From contig NZ_JAPPRR010000002.1 in the NCBI RefSeq assembly GCF_026719705.1, forward strand, positions 39,091 to 63,090: 24,000 nt of DNA. The letters are read 5' to 3'. Positions 8,213 to 16,080 of this stretch are shown piece by piece. The notes beneath the pieces are model-generated. The model saw only the letters and a program-made list of their open reading frames with translations, was not told where the DNA came from and ran no database searches. Each line of letters starts with the position of its first letter. Position 1 is the stretch's first letter. This stretch comes from Pseudokordiimonas caeni. GTDB taxonomy: Bacteria; Pseudomonadota; Alphaproteobacteria; Sphingomonadales; Kordiimonadaceae. The translations under genes and the position numbers were made by a program.

Positions 8213-8228
8213 CGTCGGGCTCCGTCAC

Positions 8229-9134
8229 TCATGCATTGTCACTGAGGGGATGGCGGTCGAACACCAGCGCCTTCAGGCGGGCATCCAGCACATGGGTATA
8301 GATCTGGGTTGTCGAGATATCTGCGTGGCCCAGCATCTGCTGTACGGCGCGCAGGTCTGCCCCGTGCGCCAGCAAATGGGTCGCGAAAGCATGGCGCAGC
8401 TTGTGCGGGCTGACGAGATCCAAAGGCACGCCCGTGTCAATCGCCAGTCGCTCCAGAAGCTGCCCCACCCGCCGCCGGGTGACGTGCCCTTCCTTCGCCG
8501 TGCGCGAGGGAAACAGCCACGGGCTATCGCCTTGGTCTGCCACCTTCACGGCTGCCTGATAGGCCAGAAGGGCATTGCGCGCCTTTTCGCCCATCGGCAC
8601 CATCCGTTCCCGCCCGCCCTTGCCGCGCACGGTGAGGAGCCGCGTCTCGGGGCCCACCGCCCGGCGCGGCAGGCCGACAAGCTCGCTGACCCGAAGGCCC
8701 GTGGCGTAAAGCGTTTCAACAAGCGCATGCAGGCGCAAGGCCGCAAGGTCACCGCCGGCGGCTTCCGCCTCGGCATGATCAAGCAGCCGGTCGACATGAT
8801 CTTCAGAGAGGACCTTCGGCAGCGGACGCCCGGCGCGCGGACTTTCAAGCCCCGCTGCTGGATTGTCGCCGCGCAGACCATCGCGGTAGAGGAATAGATA
8901 GAATTGCCGGAGGGCCGACAGGCGCCGGGCAGCAGTCGCCGCCTTGAAGCCGCGCGCGGCGAGGTCGGCAAGATATCCCCTGATATCGTCTGTCGTCGCG
9001 GTGCCAAGGGGACCGGCGAGCCAATCCCCGAAGTCTTCAAGGTCGCGAGCGTAAGCCATAAGGCTGTTTTTTGCCCGGCCCTTTTCAGCCGCCAGCATCT
9101 CCAGAAACTGCTCTATCAGCCGGCTGTCGCCCAT
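8229..9134 (-). CDS. xerD: site-specific tyrosine recombinase XerD
   Basis: ORF 8229..9155 (-). Similarity to E. coli XerD is strong by eye: LIEQFLEML..EKG...NSL.AY.RDL, LYATGLRVSELVGL, HKLRHAFATHLLAHGADLRAVQQMLGHADISTTQIYTHV (R-H-R-Y catalytic set). The tracked start at 9155 is a TTG that overlaps the upstream stop. I call the ATG at 9132-9134 (MGDSRLIEQF). Confidence 0.9.
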   Translation of the reverse strand: MGDSRLIEQFLEMLAAEKGRAKNSLMAYARDLEDFGDWLAGPLGTATTDDIRGYLADLAARGFKAATAARRLSALRQFYLFLYRDGLRGDNPAAGLESPRAGRPLPKVLSEDHVDRLLDHAEAEAAGGDLAALRLHALVETLYATGLRVSELVGLPRRAVGPETRLLTVRGKGGRERMVPMGEKARNALLAYQAAVKVADQGDSPWLFPSRTAKEGHVTRRRVGQLLERLAIDTGVPLDLVSPHKLRHAFATHLLAHGADLRAVQQMLGHADISTTQIYTHVLDARLKALVFDRHPLSDNA

Positions 9135-9151
9135 CGGACCGCGCCCGGGGG

Positions 9152-11188
9152 TCAAAGACCCTGGGCGATCAGGATTTCGAGCGCGAGCTGACGGGCTTCG
9201 CCCTCGAACCCGGCACGCCGCAGCGTCTGGACAACCGACCCGGCAGGCGCCGGCGAAACATCGGCAAGCCCCGATTCCGCCACGATCCGGTAGCCGTTTG
9301 AAAGCACCAGCGGACGGTCACCCCCGTTCGAGGCCAGCAGCAGACGCCGCCACACGGCAGGTGCGGTCGCCGATTGCTCGAGCGAGACGGGGCCATCTTC
9401 AAGCGACGACCATGCCGCATCCGGCACGCTTTCACCAAGCGCTTCGAGAAGGCTGAACAGGAGGCCGGCTCGGGCATAGCGGCGATCATCCGTGCCCTGC
9501 GTGCTCCACCATGTCGGCAGCGGGCCGGCTTCGGGGCCGGGTACATCCGGCATGCCGGCCACCAGCAGCAGCGGCCAGACCTCGGTCAGCAAGGCTTCAT
9601 CGATCGGGCCGGTCATATTATCGCGCAGGGTGCGGAAGTAGGCGGCCGCCGTTTCGGTTTGTCCGGCCAGCAGCAGGCTGCGGATCACCGGGCCCGCCAC
9701 CGCGCTGTTGGCGTTCGCGGGATCGACATCAAGCCCCATATGGGCCAAGGCGCCGCCCAGAACCGCCACATGGCCAAGGCGCACCGCGCGCGCCCACAGT
9801 TTGGCAAGGGCCGCCTGCCGCGCACCCGCGTCGCCGTTTGTTACAGCGATATGGGCAAGGGCCGCATCGATCACAAAGCTGTCGTTTTCTATCGTGCCGT
9901 CATCCATCGCGGCAGCGAGTTCGGCTTCCGTGAAGGCCTGCCCGCCGATGAAGGCGGCGAGCGTGCGATCGTTGACCCAACCCTGGGTCACCGCAAGCGA
10001 CACGAGATCGAACTTGGCATCGCGCGACAGGGTCTGGATCGCGAGCGCGGGGCCGACCGCGAGCGGGTCGATTTCCTCGGTCGTCAGTTCGCCGACATCA
10101 ACAGCGGCAAGGCCAGCCATCGTCACATCCAGCACATCGACCTTCAGCTTGCCTTCAAGGGCAACCGGGGCGGGCGGCACGGGCGCACTGGCGCCACCAG
10201 CCGCACGGGCCTGCTCGGACGCGACCAGAATGCGTTCGATCATCTGGTGCACTTCGGGACCGACGTCAGTCAGTTCTTCCAGAATACCCATCTGGAAGCG
10301 TACCGCATCGCGGTTGCCATCGACGGCGCTACAGAAAGCCAGCAGGCGAATCCAGTAGGGGTCGCCCGTGTTGGTGCGCTGCGTATCGGCCACATTGCAG
10401 GCCTCGGCCACACGGCCCGCCAGCAGGTGAGCATCCGCTGCCTCATGCGCCAGCATCGGCCAGGCCTGCCCTTTCGGCAGGTTTTCGAAAAGGCGGGCAA
10501 AGCCCTCGCTGTCACCGGCGCGCGCCAGAAGGTCGAGCCGCGATTTCACAACCGCCTGCATCGACTGATCATCCTCCGGCGCCGGCAGCACCGGGCCCGA
10601 AAGCGCGAGCCTTGACGCGACGGAGCCGAGAAGCCGCGAACCACTCGGGGACGGCAGGCTGTCGAGGATCGAAACATAGGCCGCACGGCTGAGCCCTGTA
10701 AAGAAGCCCGAAGGCAGGCCTTCGGATGTCGCCGCCACGGTCGAGGGGTCGAGGTCATTGAGCGCCCCTTCCTCGATCGGCACGCCGTCCATTGGAACCA
10801 CGGCTTCGGCCGGACCCGGCAGGCTGGTGCCCTCGGCCACCGGCGGCGTCACCGCTTGCGCATCACCCACCGTCGGCGCCGCTGCCGTCACACTGCCAAC
10901 CGGCACATAGGGGGCAGGCGAAATGGTGCGCGGGGCGCCAAGGGCGGGGGCGGAGGACATGCGTCCGGCATTCGTGGCTGTCGGCTTGCCGCCCAGATAC
11001 CAGGTGCGGCGTGCGGCATGCTCGGACTGAACCACCTCGGCCGGCTGTGCCTGATCGGCTGCCGTTTCCTCTGCTGCGGTTTCGGTGGTTTCTTCGGTGG
11101 CTTCCTGCGCGCTCGCTGCAGCACTGCCGAGGAAGGCGAAGGCGGCTCCGGCGAGGAGCAGGGCCTTACGACGGGAAGCGGTCATCAT
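9152..11188 (-). CDS. secreted protein of unknown function, 678 aa
   Basis: ORF 9152..11188 (-). It has a Sec-type signal peptide (MMTASRRKALLLAGAAFAFLGSAAASA-QE). An acidic Thr/Glu/Ala-rich stretch follows, then a Pro/Ala/Val-rich linker and a long Ala/Leu-rich, probably helical, C-terminal part. No catalytic motif was recognised. Third-position GC bias is consistent with coding. Confidence 0.75.
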   Translation of the reverse strand: MMTASRRKALLLAGAAFAFLGSAAASAQEATEETTETAAEETAADQAQPAEVVQSEHAARRTWYLGGKPTATNAGRMSSAPALGAPRTISPAPYVPVGSVTAAAPTVGDAQAVTPPVAEGTSLPGPAEAVVPMDGVPIEEGALNDLDPSTVAATSEGLPSGFFTGLSRAAYVSILDSLPSPSGSRLLGSVASRLALSGPVLPAPEDDQSMQAVVKSRLDLLARAGDSEGFARLFENLPKGQAWPMLAHEAADAHLLAGRVAEACNVADTQRTNTGDPYWIRLLAFCSAVDGNRDAVRFQMGILEELTDVGPEVHQMIERILVASEQARAAGGASAPVPPAPVALEGKLKVDVLDVTMAGLAAVDVGELTTEEIDPLAVGPALAIQTLSRDAKFDLVSLAVTQGWVNDRTLAAFIGGQAFTEAELAAAMDDGTIENDSFVIDAALAHIAVTNGDAGARQAALAKLWARAVRLGHVAVLGGALAHMGLDVDPANANSAVAGPVIRSLLLAGQTETAAAYFRTLRDNMTGPIDEALLTEVWPLLLVAGMPDVPGPEAGPLPTWWSTQGTDDRRYARAGLLFSLLEALGESVPDAAWSSLEDGPVSLEQSATAPAVWRRLLLASNGGDRPLVLSNGYRIVAESGLADVSPAPAGSVVQTLRRAGFEGEARQLALEILIAQGL

Positions 11189-11306
11189 TCAGCGTCTTCG
11201 TCACGGGCTGGGCCGGTGCAGGAATATCCCAGGTCAGCAGGAAGATGGTCCCCCCTGCCAGTGCTGCGAGGATAACGATGAAGGACACTTTCTTGAGCTT
11301 CGACAT
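11166..11306 (-). CDS. small single-pass membrane protein, 46 aa (not in the ORF track)
   Basis: Hand translation of the minus strand gives MSKLKKVSFIVILAALAGGTIFLLTWDIPAPAQPVTKTLNDDRFPS, with stop TAA at 11166-11168. The ATG is at 11304-11306, with AAGGG about 10 nt upstream. The protein has a positively charged N-terminus and one hydrophobic helix. It overlaps the start of the 678-aa ORF by 23 nt, which suggests translational coupling. Confidence 0.45.
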   Translation of the reverse strand: MSKLKKVSFIVILAALAGGTIFLLTWDIPAPAQPVTKTLNDDRFPS

Positions 11307-11466
11307 CAACCGAACCCTTTTGATTGAATGACTTGAACTACATGTTGCAGCGGTTGCATGCCTTTATAGGCCGCCCCGGCCCCCAAGTCCAGCCATGCCC
11401 TGAGACGCCTGTGCGGCAGCGCAAAAAACCGTGGCTTTGCCTAAGGCGCCCGTGTAAACAACGGAC

Positions 11467-12063
11467 ATGATGACCAAGAGACCCGCCCGCAAGGCAGCCC
11501 GGGGCAAAGCCGGGGCAATGCCGCCCATAGACCGGTCGATCGTCCTTGTCGGCCTCATGGGGGCCGGGAAGACGACCGTGGGCCGCCGCTTGGCGCGCAA
11601 ACTGGGGCTTTCCTTCGTCGATTCCGATCACGAGATCGAGGAAGCGGCCGGCATGTCGATCGCCGAGATTTTCGAAACCTATGGCGAAGCCGAATTTCGC
11701 GCGGTGGAACGCCGCGTGATCGCCCGCCTGATGGACGGCAAGCCGAAGATACTGGCGACCGGTGGTGGTGCCTTCATCAATGCTGAAACTCGCGCGCTCA
11801 TCCAGGATACTGCCGTATCGGTATGGCTGGATGCCGATGTGAATGTGCTTGTCGAGCGGACTGGCCGCCGCAACACTCGCCCGCTCCTGAAGGGCGGGGA
11901 CCCGCGTGAGATCCTCGCGCGGCTCGCGGCCGAACGCTCCCCCATCTATGCCGAAGCCCAGCTCCGTGTGGTATCGGGCGACGGCCCGCACGACGACGTG
12001 GTGACCCGCGTGATCGAGGCGCTGGCAAGCCGCGCCGCGCCGAAGGAGACAGCCAGTGCCTGA
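11467..12063 (+). CDS. aroK: shikimate kinase
   Basis: ORF 11467..12063 (+). It has a Walker A motif (VGLMGAGKTTVGRRLA), SFVDSDHEIE, and ATGGGAF. A basic N-terminal extension is present, so an alternative start at M18 is possible. Confidence 0.92.
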   Translation: MMTKRPARKAARGKAGAMPPIDRSIVLVGLMGAGKTTVGRRLARKLGLSFVDSDHEIEEAAGMSIAEIFETYGEAEFRAVERRVIARLMDGKPKILATGGGAFINAETRALIQDTAVSVWLDADVNVLVERTGRRNTRPLLKGGDPREILARLAAERSPIYAEAQLRVVSGDGPHDDVVTRVIEALASRAAPKETASA

Positions 12064-13186
12064 AAGCCTTGACGCTTCCACACCTTGCGAAGCCGTGCGC
12101 GTGCCCCTTGGCGACCGCGCCTATGACATCGTCATTGCGGAAGGACTGATCGACCGGCTGGGCACAGAACTGGCCTCCGTCCTGAAACGCCCCAAGGTGT
12201 TCATCGTGACCGACACCCGCGTCGCCGAAGCCCACCTTGGCCGCGCGCTCGCCGCCCTTGACCATGCGAACATCACCGCCGAAGTCGTGGTGCTGCCGTC
12301 GGGCGAAGCCACCAAATCCTATGGCACCTTCACCGAACTCCTTGACCGGCTGCTGGGCCTCGGCGCGGAGCGCAAGGATATCCTTGTGGCGCTCGGCGGC
12401 GGCGTGATCGGCGATATCACCGGCTTTGCTGCCTCCGTCCTTCGCCGTGGCATGGATTTCGTGCAGGTGCCGACGACGCTTCTGGCGCAGGTCGACAGCT
12501 CCGTCGGCGGCAAGACCGGGATCAACAGCCCCTTCGGCAAGAACCTGATCGGTGCCTTCCACCAGCCGCGCAAGGTGATTGCAGACCTTACGGCCCTCGA
12601 CACTTTGTCCGCGCGCGAACTCAGGGCCGGTTACGCCGAAGTTGTGAAATACGGCCTGATCGACGACCTGCCCTTCTTTGAATGGCTGGAAAAGGCAGGC
12701 CCCGCCATCCTTGCCGGCGACCGCGCCGCGCAGGCCCGCGCCGTTGCCCATTCCTGTGCCGCCAAGGCACGGATCGTGGGCGAGGACGAGCGCGAAACCG
12801 GCGACAGGCGCGCCCTCCTCAATCTCGGCCACACATTCGGACACGCGCTTGAAGCCGAGTGCGGCTACGACGGCACCCTGCTGCACGGCGAGGCCGTCGC
12901 CATCGGCATGGGCATGGCGCTGGATGCCTCGGTTCGGCTCGGGCTTGCACCGGCGGCCGACAAGACGCGGTATCTTGCCCATCTTGCGCACGTCGGCATG
13001 AAGGCGCGCGCTGCAGATATCGGCCGCACGTTCGATATCGATAAACTGATCGGCCATATGGCGCAGGACAAGAAGGTCGATGCCGGCAAGCTGACCTTCA
13101 TCCTTGGCCCCATCGGCGGCGCCCGCATCGTGCAGAATCCCGACCTTGCCGCCATCAGGGCGAGCCTCGAGGATTCCCTTGCCTGA
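12056..13186 (+). CDS. aroB: 3-dehydroquinate synthase
   Basis: ORF 12056..13186 (+). The GTG start overlaps the aroK stop by 8 nt (GTGCCTGA). The motifs are GGGVIGDITGFAAS, QVDSSVGGKTGIN, LNLGHTFGHALE and HGEAVAIGM. Confidence 0.92.
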   Translation: MPESLDASTPCEAVRVPLGDRAYDIVIAEGLIDRLGTELASVLKRPKVFIVTDTRVAEAHLGRALAALDHANITAEVVVLPSGEATKSYGTFTELLDRLLGLGAERKDILVALGGGVIGDITGFAASVLRRGMDFVQVPTTLLAQVDSSVGGKTGINSPFGKNLIGAFHQPRKVIADLTALDTLSARELRAGYAEVVKYGLIDDLPFFEWLEKAGPAILAGDRAAQARAVAHSCAAKARIVGEDERETGDRRALLNLGHTFGHALEAECGYDGTLLHGEAVAIGMGMALDASVRLGLAPAADKTRYLAHLAHVGMKARAADIGRTFDIDKLIGHMAQDKKVDAGKLTFILGPIGGARIVQNPDLAAIRASLEDSLA

Positions 13187-13206
13187 CAACAGGATGGTGA
13201 CGAGCA

Positions 13207-14490
13207 ATGACTGAAGACATATCCGGCCTCAGCGGCGACATCTGGATCACCGCCGGAATCATCATCGTCCTTCTGATGCTGTCGGCGCTTTTTTCGGGTT
13301 CCGAAACCGGCCTCACGGCTTCGAGCCGCGCGCGCATCCACCATCTGGCCAAGGAAGGCGACGTCCGCGCCCGACGGGTTGAAAAGCTCCTTGAAAACCA
13401 GGAACGCCTGATCGGCGGCATCCTGCTTGGCAACAATCTGGTCAATATCAGTGCCTCGGCACTGACGACCGGGCTTTTCCTGCAGCTGTTCGGCGACGAG
13501 GGGGTGGTTTACGCGACCCTCGTGATGACAGCCCTCGTGCTGATCTTCTCGGAAGTGCTGCCCAAGTCCTACGCCATCTCGAACCCGGATACCGTGGCGC
13601 TTGCCGTTGCCCGCGTCATCGGCATCATCGTCGCGCTTTTCGCGCCGGTCGTTGCCCTTGTGCAGCGGATCGTGCGCTTCACGCTCGCTATCTTCGGGAT
13701 CGATATTTCCTCCAGCCAGAGCATCCTTTCCGCGCACGACGAAATCCGCGGTACCATTGATCTTCACCATCACGAGGGCGGCCTCGTGAAATCGGACCGC
13801 GTGATGCTTGGCTCCATTCTCGATCTCGACAATGTGGCCGTTGAAGACGTTATGGTACACCGCCGGGCGATGCAGGTGGTGGATGCGGCGGCGTCTCCCG
13901 ACGAGATCATCAACCAGGTGATGCGCAGCCCCTACACCCGCCTGCCGATCTTCGAAGGCAACCCCGAAAACATCATCGGCATCCTGCATGCCAAGGATGT
14001 GCTTCGGGCCTTGAAGCGCGCCGGTAACCAGACAAGCCGTTTCAATGTGCGCCGGGTGATGATGAACCCGTGGTTCATCCCCGAAACCACGACGCTGCGC
14101 GAACAGCTTGCCGCCTTCCTTGAAAAGAAGAACCATTTTGCGCTGGTCGTTGACGAATACGGCGACCTGCAGGGGCTTGTGACCCTTGAAGACATTCTCG
14201 AGGAAATCGTCGGCGACATCACAGACGAGCATGATTCGGCCGTTCCGGGCGTCCGCGTGCTTGATAACGGCTGGATCGAGGCCGAAGGCACGGTTTCGAT
14301 CCGCGAGCTCAATCGCACCTTCGACTGGTCCTTGCCGGACGACGATGCCACCACGATTGCCGGTCTTGTTGTCTATGAATCCGCAACGATTCCCATCGTC
14401 GGGCAGAAATTCCGCTTCCATGGCTGCGAGTTCGAAGTCACTGCACGGCGCCGCAACCAGATCACCGGCGTGCGCGTGCGCAAGGTCTGA
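13207..14490 (+). CDS. HlyC/CorC (CNNM) family transporter: DUF21 membrane domain, CBS pair and CorC_HlyC domain
   Basis: ORF 13207..14490 (+), 427 aa. The N-terminal TM region contains LSALFSGSETGLTA. A CBS-pair region is present (VEDVMVHRRAM..., PIFEGNPENIIGILHAKDVL). The C-terminal transporter-associated domain contains DDATTIAGLV...F.FHGCEFEV. Confidence 0.9.
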   Translation: MTEDISGLSGDIWITAGIIIVLLMLSALFSGSETGLTASSRARIHHLAKEGDVRARRVEKLLENQERLIGGILLGNNLVNISASALTTGLFLQLFGDEGVVYATLVMTALVLIFSEVLPKSYAISNPDTVALAVARVIGIIVALFAPVVALVQRIVRFTLAIFGIDISSSQSILSAHDEIRGTIDLHHHEGGLVKSDRVMLGSILDLDNVAVEDVMVHRRAMQVVDAAASPDEIINQVMRSPYTRLPIFEGNPENIIGILHAKDVLRALKRAGNQTSRFNVRRVMMNPWFIPETTTLREQLAAFLEKKNHFALVVDEYGDLQGLVTLEDILEEIVGDITDEHDSAVPGVRVLDNGWIEAEGTVSIRELNRTFDWSLPDDDATTIAGLVVYESATIPIVGQKFRFHGCEFEVTARRRNQITGVRVRKV

Positions 14491-14574
14491 CCGCATTCTT
14501 CTTTCTTGCGCACGGCGCTCCGTAGCCCCAAAATAACCCCATCCAGATGTATCGGACGGTTGAGAGGGCAAAAC

Positions 14575-15306
14575 GTGGCGACGGCTGGCATCGATTCAGT
14601 AACCGGTGACATGCTTGAACGGATCGGACAGACGTCCGATCTCGACGGTCTCAAACAAGCTGCGCAAACTGCCGTCGAGGCGCTGGGCATGCGCGGCTAT
14701 TATTTTGCCGTTTCCGATCCCGCCAAGGTCCGCCATATGGTCGACGACCGGCCCAAGGAATGGCTGGACCGGTACCGCCACAAGGGCTATTTCGCCTTCG
14801 ACCCAGTCTATACCGCGATGCTCGGCCCCACCCGCACCTTCACCTGGGATGAGGTCTATGCCGAAAGCGACCTCAGTCGCCCGGCTTTCCGGAAGCTGCA
14901 GGAAGGGCGGGAGTTCGGCTTGACGAACGGCCTGGTGATCAAACACAACCGCGGACCGCATGACCGGTCCGCCTTCTGTTATTATTCGGATGCTGACCGC
15001 GATTTCTTTCACCTTGTGAAAGCAAAACGCCCGAGCCTTGTGGGTGTCAGCCACGCCATCATCGAGAAGTACAAGACTATCATGGGTCCAACAGCCACAC
15101 TTCCCATCCTTTCCGGCCGCGAAATCGAATGCCTTAACTGGGCAAGCGCCGGCAAGACGAACGACGAGATCGCCGGTATCCTGTCGATCTCGGCAAGTAC
15201 CGTGAATTCGCACTTGCAGAAGGCCGGCCAGAAGCTCGGCACCCATACCAAAATCAGCGCAATCGTGAAGGCGGTACAACTGGGGATCGTGAGCCCGCAC
15301 TATTAA
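14575..15306 (+). CDS. luxR: LuxR-family transcriptional regulator with an autoinducer-binding domain (AHL receptor type)
   Basis: ORF 14506..15306 (+). The signature residues of the AHL-binding domain are present: W and Y in EWLDRYRHKGY, D-P in FAFDP, W in FTWDEV, and G in GLTNG. The C-terminal GerE-type HTH reads LSGREIECLNWASAGKTNDEIAGILSISASTVNSHLQKAGQKLG. The GTG at 14575 has a good SD (GAGAGGG, 6-nt spacing). The ATG at 14611 (MLERIGQ) is the alternative start. Confidence 0.88.
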   Translation: MATAGIDSVTGDMLERIGQTSDLDGLKQAAQTAVEALGMRGYYFAVSDPAKVRHMVDDRPKEWLDRYRHKGYFAFDPVYTAMLGPTRTFTWDEVYAESDLSRPAFRKLQEGREFGLTNGLVIKHNRGPHDRSAFCYYSDADRDFFHLVKAKRPSLVGVSHAIIEKYKTIMGPTATLPILSGREIECLNWASAGKTNDEIAGILSISASTVNSHLQKAGQKLGTHTKISAIVKAVQLGIVSPHY

Positions 15307-15371
15307 TCCCGCATAGGGTTATCCAAATCATCGGTTGCGCGACCTGACAAACCCCGCCGCCTTATCCACAA

Positions 15372-15402
15372 TCGGGCTCCACATCCCACGGAAGGAGCCC
15401 GA
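15372..15402 (+). promoter_or_regulatory. hairpin that sequesters the luxI Shine-Dalgarno sequence
   Basis: TCGGGCTCC (15372-15380) is the perfect reverse complement of GGAGCCCGA (15394-15402), with a 13-nt loop. The 3' arm contains the SD GGAG and ends 2 nt before the luxI ATG (15405). Confidence 0.35.
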
Positions 15403-15404
15403 CC

Positions 15405-16052
15405 ATGGAAGTCATCCTCATTGCCCCGTCGCTGCAGCATCTGTTTGCTGCCGAACTCGACCAGGCCTTCGCCCTCCGTCACAAGGTTTTCAACCAGCAG
15501 ATGGGATGGGGCCTGCCCCACCGCAACGGCCGCGAAAGCGATGTCTATGACGGCCATGCCTGGCACCTGATGGCCTTCGACACACCGGGCCGGCTTGCCG
15601 GCTACTGGCGCCTGACGCCGAGCACCCACCGCAACCTCACGGCCGAGGTGTTCGGGGACCTTTTCGAAGGCGGCGCCGCCCCTTCCGACCCTTATGTGTG
15701 GGAACTTTCCCGCTACGCCATCGACAGCGACCAGTTCGCCGGCCGCACCCAGACCATGAAGAAGCTGATGCTCGCCATGGGCTGCGGCCTGATGGAATTC
15801 GCCATTCTCCATGGCATTACCGAACTTTTGAGCGTGCAGGACGACCATATCGCCCGCCACACAAGCACACTCCTTGGCGACCCCGAATGGGTGTCGGAGA
15901 CCCGTGATTACGGCGCCACCAACGCCACCTGCTACGCCTATGCACCGTCGCTCGAGCGGCTTTACGCCCTCAGGGTGCGTTACAATCTCGGCACGCCCGT
16001 GCTGTCCCAGTATCACCTCACCATGCCGACCCTGCAGCGCGCTGCTGCCTGA
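15405..16052 (+). CDS. luxI: acyl-homoserine-lactone synthase (LuxI family)
   Basis: ORF 15405..16052 (+), 215 aa. The LuxI-family invariant pattern is present: LRHKVFNQQMGWGLPHRNGRESDVYD (R, F, W, E, D, D), GYWRL (R), and VWELSRYAID (E-x-S-R). A strong SD (GGAAGGAG) lies 7 nt upstream of the ATG. Confidence 0.9.
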   Translation: MEVILIAPSLQHLFAAELDQAFALRHKVFNQQMGWGLPHRNGRESDVYDGHAWHLMAFDTPGRLAGYWRLTPSTHRNLTAEVFGDLFEGGAAPSDPYVWELSRYAIDSDQFAGRTQTMKKLMLAMGCGLMEFAILHGITELLSVQDDHIARHTSTLLGDPEWVSETRDYGATNATCYAYAPSLERLYALRVRYNLGTPVLSQYHLTMPTLQRAAA

Positions 16053-16080
16053 GGCCCGCATCATTCAAAGGAACCCAGTC

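Noticed and set aside
8229-9134. A dif-like XerCD recombination site near xerD.
   Set aside because: I saw no 28-bp imperfect palindrome of the GCATAAT-N6-ATTATG type in the flanking intergenic DNA. dif is not expected next to xerD anyway.
15362-15370. Perfect DnaA-box consensus TTATCCACA, 35 nt upstream of luxI.
   Set aside because: It is a single 9-mer. About 0.2 chance occurrences are expected in 24 kb on both strands under uniform composition. There is no cluster of boxes, AT-rich unwinding element or origin-type gene context. It more likely overlaps the -10 region of the luxI promoter by chance.
15874-16080. The long 146-aa version of the ORF downstream of luxI (15874..16314), and the long N-terminal extensions of ORFs 4..1173, 1065..1661 and 14506..15306.
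   Set aside because: The extensions overlap neighbouring genes or promoter regions in other frames. They lack SD sequences and encode atypical Arg/Pro/Cys-rich peptides. Internal starts with SD motifs give products of family-typical length.
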